From Candidatus Multivorans sp. (GTDB lineage Bacteria > Acidobacteriota > Thermoanaerobaculia > Multivoradales > Multivoraceae): a DNA stretch of 64,000 nucleotides. Under the pieces are notes generated by a model. It did not search any database, was not told the DNA's origin, and saw nothing but the letters and a program-made list of their open reading frames with translations. A program made the position numbers and the translations under genes. Positions 42,177 through 51,673 of this stretch are shown here, piece after piece. Each line of letters begins with the position of its first letter. The stretch's first letter is position 1. The DNA is taken from assembly GCA_965224025.1 (NCBI GenBank), contig OZ245033.1, positions 4,416,001 through 4,480,000 on the forward strand, given 5' to 3'.

Positions 42177-44945
42177 CTACCGGCCCCAGCGGTAGTGCAG
42201 GCGCGCGTAGTAGTAGCCGCCGCTCAGACCCCAGGGCGTGAACTGGCTGTAGGGAAGGCCGAACCGCGCGGCGAACAGGTCCATGCGGTCCGAGAACGTA
42301 TCGAACACGTTCTGGCCGCCGACGGAGAGCGTCGTGTCGCGCACCAGCGGGAAGCTGACCTCCAGGTCGAAGACGTAGCGGCCTCCGAGGACCGGCGCGT
42401 CGGCGCGGCGCACGGAGCGGGCGTCCAGGTGGTCGACCCACGATCCGAAATAGTGCAGGCGTCCGAGCAGGTCGACCGGTCCGATGCCCTGGTTGACGGC
42501 CAGGTTCCAGCGCGTCTTCGGCACGCCCCGTTCCAGGGCGAGCACGTCGCCGGGGCCGAGCAGGTCCGAGTCCTTCGTCACTTCCGTCTCCGTGTGATTC
42601 AGCGCCAGGCTGAACACCGTGTTGCCGCCCAACGCCGGCGGCGTCCAGGTCGAGACGATGTCGATCCCCTGGGTCCGCGACGAGAAGTCGTTGATGAAGA
42701 ACCGGAACGAGGACAGGGTGCGCGCCGAGGTAATCCCCTCCGACAGCAGCAGCGCGCGCTCTTCCGCGGCCAGCGTGAAGAACTGCGACAGGGCAAGCCG
42801 CCGGTCGACGTCGATGTGGAAGTAGTCCGCCGTCAACGTGAACGGCCCGGTGTCGACCACCAAACCCGCCGTCGCGTTGGTCGAGGTCTCGGGTTCGAGG
42901 GCTTGGCCGCCCCGGAACTGCGCGGCGCGGAAGGTCGACGGCACCGTGGCGCTGTCGACCAGATCGAGCGTTTCCGGGTTGATCGTCGACTGCACGTTGA
43001 ACACGTTCTGCTGGCCGGGCGTCGGAGCGCGGAAGCCGCTGCTGACGCCGCCGCGCACGGAAACCGTGTCGGCCAGGGCGTAGCGGGCCGAAAGCTTTCC
43101 GTTCGTCGTGTCGCCGAAGACATCGAAGTGCTCGAACCGGAGCGCGCCGCCGAGCGTCCAGCGGCCGTCCGGATCCCGTAACTCCAGGTCGCCGTAGACC
43201 GCCGCGTTGGCGCGGTTCCAGGTCCCGGCCGTGTAATCGGGGAACCCCGGAAAACCGTTGGAGCCGGAAACGAACCCCTGCGCGGCGTACGGTCCGACCT
43301 GCCACGACGGCACTTGGCCGGAGCGAATCGTGAAGCGCTCGTCACGCCACTCGGCGCCGCCGGCCACATGAAGGCTCTCGGTGACGGCGTAGGAGACGTC
43401 GAAGTTCAGGTTGACCTCGGCCTGCCGGTAGACACCCGGGTCGAAGTCGCGGGGACTCGCCGGACCCAGCGAGGCGTTCACTGTGTTGAACAGGAAGAAG
43501 TCCGCCTGGTGAGAGCCGTAGCTGGCGCTGGCGTCCCAGGTGAAACCGCCTTGCGTGGTCCGGCGCAGGCCGGCCACCGCTGATGTATCGGTCATCACGC
43601 CGCTGAAGTAGGGGGTGAAACCGCCCGGCGCGATCTCCTGGAAGGAGAAGCAGTTCGGGTCGGCGAACACCTGCGCCAGCGCGTGCTGATCGGGCCGGTC
43701 GTCGGTGATCGTCACGGTCGGGCAACCCGCCGATCCATCGCGCACGCCGTCCTGCGCGTCGAGCACGTCACCGATGAGCAGCGTGCGACCGCCGTCCAGG
43801 CTGAAGATGTTGGCGCGCGTATTGGGATTCCGGTAGTAGAAGCCCTGCGTCGCCGTCTTGTCGGCGTAGTTGGCATGCCCGTAGATCTGGATGCCGTTCG
43901 CGAGCAGCTTGCCGAAGTTGCCGAACAGCTTCAGGTCGTCCTCGTACTCCGAGTCGCCCCAGACCTGCGCCGGGTCGAGGACGTGCGTGTTGCCGGCGGC
44001 GATCAGCGCCGCCGCGTCGGCGCGCTGCACGCTGCGGCTGGTCGGGTCGGCGTTGCCGTACTCCATGCTCAGATGCGCGAACCCGTTCTCCCCCAGCGGC
44101 AGGCCGATGTCGCCGGCGATCGTGTACGCCTCGCCGTCGCCCGCGCCGTAGACGCCGCTCTTCACCTCCAGGCTGCCGCCCGACGGGTCGTCCTTGAGCA
44201 GGAAGTTCATCACGCCCGCGATCGCGTCGGAGCCGTACTGCGCCGAGGCGCCGTCGCGCAGCACCTCGACCTGGCGCAGCGCGGTCGCGGGGATTGTCGA
44301 GATGTCCGGCCCCTGGGTGCCGTCGGTGACGCCTCCGAACCAGACCAGAATCGCCGAGCGATGCCGGCGCTTGCCGTTCACGAGTACCAGCGTGTGGTCG
44401 TGAGCCAGGTTGCGCAGACTGGCCGGCCGCACCAGCGACGCGGCGCCGCTGATCGGATGGGTCGCGACGTTGAACGAGGGCACCAGGTTCCGCAACAGGT
44501 AGTCGAGCGAGCTGGCGCCCTGGCTGACGACATCCTCGACCGGGATGGCGTCGATCGGAACGGAGGACTCGGTCACCGACCGCGGCCGCGAGCGGCTGCC
44601 GACCACCACCAATTGCTCGTCGAACTCCGCGACCAGCTCCACCGCGAGGGTCGTCGGCGCCCCGGCCTCGACCGCCACGCCGCGGCGCACGACCTCGTGG
44701 AAGCCGGACAGCGTCAGCTTCACGTCGTACAGGCCCGGCAGGAGACCGTCGATAGAGAACACGCCCTCGCTGTCGGTGACGACGACTTCGACCGGTCCCC
44801 AGGACTCCACGCTCCGCGCCTCCACGGTGACGCCGGGCAGCGCGACACCGGCAGCCGCCACGATGCCTTCGATGCCGGCTTCCCTGGCCTGGACGGCGCC
44901 CGGCGCCGCAAGCGCGGTCAACAAGGCAATGCGGAGGCCTCTCAC
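42177..44945 (-). CDS. TonB-dependent receptor (carboxypeptidase-regulatory-like N-domain + plug + barrel); start approximate
   Basis: VVVGSR, S.VPID, TLVLVNGKRRH, VEVLRDGASAQYGSDAIAGV.NF, SSGFRAPT, EPETS, terminal YYARLHYRW. Confidence 0.9.
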   Translation of the reverse strand: MRGLRIALLTALAAPGAVQAREAGIEGIVAAAGVALPGVTVEARSVESWGPVEVVVTDSEGVFSIDGLLPGLYDVKLTLSGFHEVVRRGVAVEAGAPTTLAVELVAEFDEQLVVVGSRSRPRSVTESSVPIDAIPVEDVVSQGASSLDYLLRNLVPSFNVATHPISGAASLVRPASLRNLAHDHTLVLVNGKRRHRSAILVWFGGVTDGTQGPDISTIPATALRQVEVLRDGASAQYGSDAIAGVMNFLLKDDPSGGSLEVKSGVYGAGDGEAYTIAGDIGLPLGENGFAHLSMEYGNADPTSRSVQRADAAALIAAGNTHVLDPAQVWGDSEYEDDLKLFGNFGKLLANGIQIYGHANYADKTATQGFYYRNPNTRANIFSLDGGRTLLIGDVLDAQDGVRDGSAGCPTVTITDDRPDQHALAQVFADPNCFSFQEIAPGGFTPYFSGVMTDTSAVAGLRRTTQGGFTWDASASYGSHQADFFLFNTVNASLGPASPRDFDPGVYRQAEVNLNFDVSYAVTESLHVAGGAEWRDERFTIRSGQVPSWQVGPYAAQGFVSGSNGFPGFPDYTAGTWNRANAAVYGDLELRDPDGRWTLGGALRFEHFDVFGDTTNGKLSARYALADTVSVRGGVSSGFRAPTPGQQNVFNVQSTINPETLDLVDSATVPSTFRAAQFRGGQALEPETSTNATAGLVVDTGPFTLTADYFHIDVDRRLALSQFFTLAAEERALLLSEGITSARTLSSFRFFINDFSSRTQGIDIVSTWTPPALGGNTVFSLALNHTETEVTKDSDLLGPGDVLALERGVPKTRWNLAVNQGIGPVDLLGRLHYFGSWVDHLDARSVRRADAPVLGGRYVFDLEVSFPLVRDTTLSVGGQNVFDTFSDRMDLFAARFGLPYSQFTPWGLSGGYYYARLHYRWGR

Positions 44946-45223
44946 GGCCCAGTCGACGCGACGCGCGTCATGGTCGCGTGCTTGGCGCCCGGCCTTCCCG
45001 AGGGAACGGTGGGCACGGCGCAGAGGGGCTGGCGCGGCACGGCCGGATGATGGCACATCGACGGCGCCAGGATTCGTCTCATGATCCCTTGCAAGGCGCC
45101 CCGGCCGCTGGACGACCGCGCCTCCAGCCGGGGCCCTTCGCCACCCGCGAGAGTGAGGCGCCCGTCGGGCCGGTAGGTCCACGCGCGCCGGGCCCGGGCC
45201 TGAGGCCATGGAGCGGATTCCGC

Positions 45224-46558
45224 TTATCTCGCCGCCTGCACCGTGAACGGCACCCGAAACCCTGGACAACCCGCGTCGCTATACCAGGCCGTGCCCTCCT
45301 GCACCAAGTCGAGGACGAGGACGTAGGCGCCCGGACCTTCGGGAGGGCGAATACGCATGGCCACCGACACCTCTTCCCCCGGGGCCACAACCCGGGGCAA
45401 CCGGCTCCGCAATCCGTCCAGATCGACTACGGCGCCGCGCCGATTGAGCCAGTGGTAACTCGCGTGATCGGGCGCGTCGTTGCACTCGCTCGAAAGCCGA
45501 CGCCAGCTCCTGTTCCTGAACGTCACTTCCACTTGGAATTCGACACCAGCCTCCGCCTCGGATGGGCCTTCGAACGCGACCCACTGCACGTCGTGCGCGC
45601 CACGCACCTCGTCGACCCACTCAACGCCGGGAGGCCTGGCCGGGAGCGGGCGCCGCTGACCGGCTGCGCCCCGCTCAGCGTAGATCACGAGGTGCTTCGC
45701 GAACAGATCGAGATCCCGCTCTCGCAGAACGTCGTCCACCCGCGCGTAGAGTTCGTAGGTAAGCCGTCCGAAATGGCGCCTGATGTCCGTGTCGAGATCG
45801 GGTGATCCCGGATATGCCTCCAGCCCGGCCACCGTGCCACGAATCGTGAGGCCGTAGCCGGCGAAGAAGGCCTCGAAGTCCCCGACCGCGTAGCGGTGTT
45901 CGATCGGTTCTTCCACGAGCGCGGCAACCGGCGCCGGTTCGAGAGAAGCAGGCGACCGCTCGCCCGTCGCGGAGGCAATGCGGGCGCGGATGCCGTCCAG
46001 GTCTCGCGCGAGCCAGTCGAAGTCGAGTTCTCTGCTCCAGCTTCCTTTCCAGTCCCCACGCGGCTCGATCAAGAGGAACCTCTTCGACCACGCGCCGAGG
46101 CGACTGACGAGGGTCTGCGGATCGGTCAGGTGATGGAAGGCGTCGAACATCGTGACAAGGTCGACTGGCTCAGCCGGCGCGTAGCGCTCGACATCCGCGA
46201 CCTCGAACGTCGCGTTGGCGAGACCCAGCGCCTCCGCATGCTCCTTCGCCCGGGCAATCCCGGCGTCGCTGTGGTCCACGCCCACGAAGGCGACGTCCGG
46301 GAGCCTCCGCGCCAGCTCGCACGTGATCTCTCCGGGGCCGCATCCCAGATCCAGAACCGACCGTGACGCCGCGACATATGGCTCGCAAAGGTCCGCGAAG
46401 CGCCGAATCGTCACATAGCCGGGATAGGCGTCACGAAACGGGTCGAACCGCTGGGCCCCGAAAAGGGCATCGTGAAAGGCCCGGTCGCGGTCGGGCGACC
46501 AGCGCTGCCAGAAGGTTCGTGCGCGACGCAGGATTCGGCGTAGGAGTCGCGTGAGCAT
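45224..46558 (-). CDS. Class I SAM-dependent methyltransferase with C-terminal Ig-like domain
   Basis: VLDLGCGPGE, GVD.S, DLVTMFDAFHHL; C-terminal V.FRN...SYHW...V.PGEEV...P..PG.Y.L.LDLVQEG.AW. Confidence 0.78.
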   Translation of the reverse strand: MLTRLLRRILRRARTFWQRWSPDRDRAFHDALFGAQRFDPFRDAYPGYVTIRRFADLCEPYVAASRSVLDLGCGPGEITCELARRLPDVAFVGVDHSDAGIARAKEHAEALGLANATFEVADVERYAPAEPVDLVTMFDAFHHLTDPQTLVSRLGAWSKRFLLIEPRGDWKGSWSRELDFDWLARDLDGIRARIASATGERSPASLEPAPVAALVEEPIEHRYAVGDFEAFFAGYGLTIRGTVAGLEAYPGSPDLDTDIRRHFGRLTYELYARVDDVLRERDLDLFAKHLVIYAERGAAGQRRPLPARPPGVEWVDEVRGAHDVQWVAFEGPSEAEAGVEFQVEVTFRNRSWRRLSSECNDAPDHASYHWLNRRGAVVDLDGLRSRLPRVVAPGEEVSVAMRIRPPEGPGAYVLVLDLVQEGTAWYSDAGCPGFRVPFTVQAAR

Positions 46559-46630
46559 GGTTGCGGCGCAACGGTAGCCTAGCTGACTTCCCGTTCCGGC
46601 TCGCCGCGGAATTCTCTGTAGGATGCCTCC

Positions 46631-47782
46631 ATGAACCCCCGTAAGGCGCCCCGCCCGCTAGAGGGACGGCTGTACACCGACCCGGCCATCTTCGACGAGG
46701 AGATGGAGCGCATCTTCTCGCGCATGTGGGTGTGCGGGGGGCGGCTCGAGGAGCTGGACGAACCGGGGCGCTTCGTGACCCGCGAGGTCGGCGGCGAATC
46801 GATCGTCGCCGTGCGGACCGCGGCTGCCAGTGGCGGCGCCGGGGCAACCGGCAACGGAAGCGCGCCCGGAACAGCCGCCGGCGTCGGCTCTGCCCAGGGA
46901 TTGGCCGCCTTCTTCAACGTCTGCCGTCACCGGGGGTCGCGGGTCGTCGATGAGTGCGCGGGCCGGGCCAAGGTTTTCCAGTGCCCTTACCACGCCTGGA
47001 CCTACGGTCTCGACGGGCGCCTGGTCGGCGCGCCGCACATGGGCCGCGACTTCGACGCCAAGGGCGCCGGCCTGGTGCCGGTGCGCATCGAGGCGCTGAA
47101 CGGCTTCTTCTACCTGTCCCTGCCGGTCGACGGGCCCCCGCTCGCCGAGGTGACCGCCGACCTGCCCGACATCTCTCGCTTCACGCTCGACCGGCTGGTC
47201 CGCGGCGACCGCCACGAGTACGAGGCGCAGGCGAACTGGAAGATCCTGTGCGAGAACTACAACGAGTGCTACCACTGCGCGGTCGTCCACCCGGAGCTGA
47301 ACCGGGTGTCGGACTACCGCAACGGCGGCAACCTGGAAACCGGCCGCTTCTTCGTCGGCGGTCCGATGACCTTGAATGAGGGCTGCGACACGATGACGGC
47401 GACCGGGCGCAGCGACCGCCCCGACCTGCCCGCCATCGAACTCCCCGACCGGACCTCGGTCCAGTACTACCACGTGTACCCCAACCTGCTGATCAGCCTG
47501 CACCGGGACTACGTGGTGACCCACACGCTGTGGCCGATCGAGGCGGGCCGCACCAGGATCGTCTGCGAGTGGCTGTTCGACCCCGACGTGGCCGCGGCCC
47601 CCGGTTTCGACCCCAGCGACGCCGTGGACTTCTGGCATGTCGTCAACAGACAGGACTGGAACGTCTGCGCGCGCACGCAGTTGGGCGTCGCGTCCCGCGG
47701 CTACCTCCCCACCGCCTACGAAGAGAGTGAAGCCTGCGTTCAGGTCTTCGACGGCTGGTACCTGGACCAGATGGGCCTGTGA
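46631..47782 (+). CDS. Rieske non-heme iron oxygenase alpha subunit (GbcA/choline monooxygenase-like)
   Basis: NVCRHRG, CPYHAWTY, ANWK...ENYNECYHC..VHPEL, VNRQDW.VC...Q.G. Confidence 0.92.
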   Translation: MNPRKAPRPLEGRLYTDPAIFDEEMERIFSRMWVCGGRLEELDEPGRFVTREVGGESIVAVRTAAASGGAGATGNGSAPGTAAGVGSAQGLAAFFNVCRHRGSRVVDECAGRAKVFQCPYHAWTYGLDGRLVGAPHMGRDFDAKGAGLVPVRIEALNGFFYLSLPVDGPPLAEVTADLPDISRFTLDRLVRGDRHEYEAQANWKILCENYNECYHCAVVHPELNRVSDYRNGGNLETGRFFVGGPMTLNEGCDTMTATGRSDRPDLPAIELPDRTSVQYYHVYPNLLISLHRDYVVTHTLWPIEAGRTRIVCEWLFDPDVAAAPGFDPSDAVDFWHVVNRQDWNVCARTQLGVASRGYLPTAYEESEACVQVFDGWYLDQMGL

Positions 47783-47841
47783 GCCGGCGCTCCCGGCCGA
47801 CGCCAACTCCGCCACCAGAGCGCCTGCACTGAAGGCCGCCC

Positions 47842-49266
47842 ATGTGGCTCCGTGAACACGCGCTGATCCTCGTCCTGTTCGCCCTCTACACGGGCGTACT
47901 GGTTCACCACGCGCTGATCGGCCAGCGCCGGACGCGCGATCTCGCCGATTTCCTGGTCGGCGGCCGCTCGCTCGGCGGCATCATCCTGGGCGTCTCATTC
48001 TTCGCCACCTACGCCAGCACGAACAGCTTCATCGGTTTCGCCGGCAGGGCCTACGCCTCGGGCATCGCCTGGCTCCTGATCGTCCCCACCGCAGTCATCC
48101 TGTCCTTCGTCGCCTGGGCGTGGCTGGCGCCGCGGCTGCGCGGCGTCACCGAGACGCTCGGCTCGGTAACGATTCCGGACTACATCGGCTTCCGCTTCAA
48201 CAGCCGGCCGGCCCGCTTCGTCGCCGCCCTGATCGTCATCTTCTCGAGCTTCCTGTACATGACCGCGGTGTTCAAGGGCATCGGCTCGCTGTTGGTCGAG
48301 CTGCTGGATCTGAGCTACGGCTTGTCGCTCTTCGTCGTCGTGCTGATCGTCTGCCTCTACACGATGATCGGCGGCTTCCATTCCGTGGCGCGGACCGACT
48401 TCCTCCAGGGCATGCTGATGACGATGGCGGCGGTGCTGATGTTCTTCCTCATCACCCGCGCCGCCGGCGGCATCGGCCGTCTCGCCGACCTGGCGCAGAT
48501 CGGCGACGGCTCGCTCGTCCGTTGGGACACGGCGCAACCCCTCGGGATGCTGATCGGCGTCGTCTTCGCCTCGACCGTCAAGCTGGTCGTCGAACCGCGC
48601 CAGCTCTCCCGTTTCTACGCCCTGGAGACCGAGAGCGCCGCGAAGAGCGGCCTGGTCGTGTCGACCCTGAGCTTCCTGATCGTGTTCAGCCTGCTGGCGC
48701 CGCTCGGGCTCTACGCCCACTTCGTCGTCGGCCAGGGCGTCGCCGACACGGACCAGGTCATTCCCATGATGCTGAGCGACCCGGCCATCTTCCCGCCGGT
48801 GGTCCAGGCCCTCCTGTTCCTGGCCCTGGTTTCGGCGGCCATGTCCTCGCTCGACAGCGTCCTTCTGGTCATGGCCTCCACAGCGCAGCGCGACCTGCTC
48901 GGCCTGCTCGTCCCCGCCGACGACCGCCACGCCATCCGCAACACCCGCATCTGCGTCGTGCTCTTTGCCGCCATCACCGCGATTCTCGCGATCGACCCGC
49001 CCGGCGGCATCGTCGAGTTGACGTCCTTCTCAGGCGCCCTCTACGCCGCCTGCTTCCTGCCCTCCCTTGCCCTGGGCCTTACCTGGCGCCGCGGCAACGG
49101 CGCGGCGGCTCTGTGGTCCTTCGCCGCCGGCGGCGGGACCCTGGGGCTCTGGATGCTGCTCGACATCCAGGGCATGCACGCGGTGTTCCCGGCGATGGCG
49201 ATTTCGTTCGCGGCCTACTGCGTCGCCGCCTTGGCGGCGCCGGAGGCGAAGGGGTTGTTTGGGTAA
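47842..49266 (+). CDS. Sodium:solute symporter
   Basis: DFLVGGRSLG, ATYAS.NSFIG, TIPDYIG.RF, YT.IGG..SV..TD..QG, SAAMSSLDS. Confidence 0.92.
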   Translation: MWLREHALILVLFALYTGVLVHHALIGQRRTRDLADFLVGGRSLGGIILGVSFFATYASTNSFIGFAGRAYASGIAWLLIVPTAVILSFVAWAWLAPRLRGVTETLGSVTIPDYIGFRFNSRPARFVAALIVIFSSFLYMTAVFKGIGSLLVELLDLSYGLSLFVVVLIVCLYTMIGGFHSVARTDFLQGMLMTMAAVLMFFLITRAAGGIGRLADLAQIGDGSLVRWDTAQPLGMLIGVVFASTVKLVVEPRQLSRFYALETESAAKSGLVVSTLSFLIVFSLLAPLGLYAHFVVGQGVADTDQVIPMMLSDPAIFPPVVQALLFLALVSAAMSSLDSVLLVMASTAQRDLLGLLVPADDRHAIRNTRICVVLFAAITAILAIDPPGGIVELTSFSGALYAACFLPSLALGLTWRRGNGAAALWSFAAGGGTLGLWMLLDIQGMHAVFPAMAISFAAYCVAALAAPEAKGLFG

Positions 49267-49274
49267 GGACCCAT

Positions 49275-49520
49275 ATGCGATTCATAGACGCCTTCGAGGC
49301 CAAGACCCATCTCTTCCGCCTCCTCAATGCTGCCGAGAAGGGTGAGGTCATCACCATCACCAAGCGGGGGCGGCCTGTTGCGCGGCTCATGCCGACCGCG
49401 CCGGTAGATTGCAGACGGGCCGCAAGAGCCGTATCCAACCTTCGCGCACTGCGCCGGCAGATCGGCTGGTCCGGGACGGTCGACGAAATCCTCGCCCTCC
49501 GCGATGCCGGGCGCCGATGA
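49275..49520 (+). CDS. Phd/prevent-host-death antitoxin
   Basis: AFEAKTHL.RLL...EKGE.ITITKRGRPVARL. Confidence 0.88.
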   Translation: MRFIDAFEAKTHLFRLLNAAEKGEVITITKRGRPVARLMPTAPVDCRRAARAVSNLRALRRQIGWSGTVDEILALRDAGRR

Positions 49521-49624
49521 GCGCTCCCGTACTCGACTGCTCCGTCGCCTGCGCTCGGCTGCTTGACGACGAGATCACGGAGGCCGAGCATGCGGCCCAA
49601 GACGCCGGAGCAACACCAGAGTAG
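49517..49624 (+). pseudogene. Truncated VapC/PIN toxin
   Basis: ATGA overlap with the antitoxin. MSAPVLDCSVA.A.LLDDE is a PIN N-terminus, but the ORF is only 35 aa. Confidence 0.7.
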
Positions 49625-49639
49625 GGGGATCGCACCGAT

Positions 49640-51179
49640 GTGCGAGGACCAGTGACGATCCGAGTAACGAAGGGCGGCTCTCGGTCCGCTGGAGGCCGAA
49701 CCACGTCAGTCATCGCAATCGTCGGCGTTGTTTTCGGAGCCATTGCCGTTGTGTTGGGTGCCGCCGTTCTCGTCTCCGCCAACGACGCACCTCCGCTGGT
49801 TGTCGCTGCGGTTGCCGCGTTGACCGCGGGCGCGGGGGGATACATGCTGGCGTCGGCAGGAGCGGCATTCCGCCGACGCCGGGCGTTGCGTAGAGACGGT
49901 GACGAGACAGTGAAGCCGACCGGACCGCCCGCCGTTCCACGTCAATCCAAGTCACTGTTGGAGAACCAAGTGCTCGACAAGGCGGTGGCCGAGATCGTTC
50001 CCCTACATGGCCAGGAGCTAGCAGTCGTTGACCTCGGCTACTCCATCAGTCCCCAGTTCGTCGAGGCGCTCAGCCGGCGCACATTGGAGTACGGCAAGCC
50101 GGTCAAGACCGGGCGGTCCCCTGGGAACCGCGTGCCTTCCCATCGCCGGCGCCGGCGCGGCCATCTCTTCGTCCCTGGCTGCCGGCAACGTCTTTCTCGC
50201 CACCGCGAATCCGGCCACGCTGATGCCGTTGGGGCACGGCGTCGGATCCGCGGTCATGGCCGCAACCGGTGGCGGCATTGTGGGGCAGGCGCCCTTCATT
50301 GCCGCCAGCGGCGCCCTGATTCCTGTGGTGGCGCCGATCCTGCTGTTCACTACGTTCTCTTCAATGATGATGTCGGTCCGGTTCGACCGAATTGAAAGAG
50401 CATTGGTTGGCATCTCGGAGACCCTCCACGAGTTGCTGAAGCTCGAGATGTCCGAGGACCTTGCGCGCTTCCTGAGCGCCACTGAACGCCTGAGTGACAT
50501 CCAAGAGGAGTACCGCAATGGTCCCGGCTTCACCGTTGAGATGAAGATGCGACTCGCACTCGTCGAAAGGGATGTGAACATCCTGCGCCACAAACACCAC
50601 ATTCTTGCCACGCACAGAGTCGACGGGGTTCTCGCAGCGAAGCTCTCAGAGACCCAGAAGAGACTCTTCGTCGCGTCGAGCATCGCGGACGCCCAGGTCG
50701 ATCAGCTCCGACTCCTGCTCGCTCTCCAAGACAACCCGGCCGATGCGACAAGGAGCCGCTCCGCCCTCGAGAAGAAGGTGGCGAGGTACGAAGACGACTT
50801 CCGCACCTTGGCGGACAACAGCCCGACAAGGAAGTTCCGCGAAGGGCTGAAGAACTCGCTCGATGACATGGGCTGGTGGAAGAAGAACGTCTTCAAGAAA
50901 GGTGACGCCAAGGCCATCAAGGCTGCCATTGAGGAAATCGAGACTGACGTCGATCTTTCGCCTTGGGCCGAAGAAGCCGACAGCGACACCGGAACCCGAG
51001 CAGATCCGGCCGGGGTCTACTCGATGATCTTCTGGCGAGACGACAGAGGCAAGGGCGAACTCAATGCCTGGTACACGGCCGACTACGAGCTCAAGATTCC
51101 CGAGCTGGCGCCTACTCCGGACAGCACGAGCCAGCACAGCGACTACGACGTTCTCGAATTCCCGCGGGAACAGGAGTGA
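49640..51179 (+). pseudogene. Hypothetical membrane/coiled-coil protein, frameshifted near 50112
   Basis: Two N-terminal TM helices in ORF 49640. The frame switches at AAGACCGGGCGGT (one extra G) into the Gly/Ala-rich and coiled-coil part of ORF 50028..51179. Confidence 0.6.
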
Positions 51180-51204
51180 CCGCCGACAGGGGCGGGCAGG
51201 GAAG

Positions 51205-51600
51205 TCAGTGCGCAGGCGTCGGCGGCCCGAACTCCCGCTCCACCGCGGCCCAGAGTCCGTCGATGTCCAATTCGACGCCGGGCACGGCTGGGGATGTCCA
51301 GGATCCGCCAGCCTGCACATGAACTACGAAGCGCTCGCCGTTGTTCACGAGTATCTCGATGGTTCGCGCCGCGGGATCGACGAGCCAGTACTCCCTCACA
51401 CCCGCTTCGGCGTAGCGGTTCAGCTTGAGCAGCCGGTCCATACGCGCCGTGCTGGAAGAGAGCACCTCGACCACCAAGTCCGGAGCGCCCTCGATCCAGT
51501 CCTGGAGAATCTCCCGGCGCTCCGGCGAGACATACAGAACATCGGGCTGCGCCACGGTGTGATCGGCTAGGTGATGCGGAGCGGCCGGCAACGCCGTACA
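51205..51600 (-). pseudogene. Uma2 (DUF820) endonuclease, 5'-truncated
   Basis: VAQPDVLYV, GAPDLVVEVLS.ST...D...K...Y..AGVREYWLVDP. The N-terminal E..DG region is missing. Confidence 0.8.
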
Positions 51601-51673
51601 AGCAGCCAGATGCCGGCGAGGACGCCGGCGCACCCAGTGGTGTGCGTCCGCCGCAACCGAGTTGGCTACCGCC

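Noticed and set aside
37343-43181. Long overlapping ORFs and extensions (38791..40671, 40524..43181, 5' extensions of 37343..39496 and 38854..41778)
   Set aside because: These are Arg/Pro/Gly-rich alternative-frame or antisense shadows typical of high-GC DNA. The same applies to most other short ORFs in the track.
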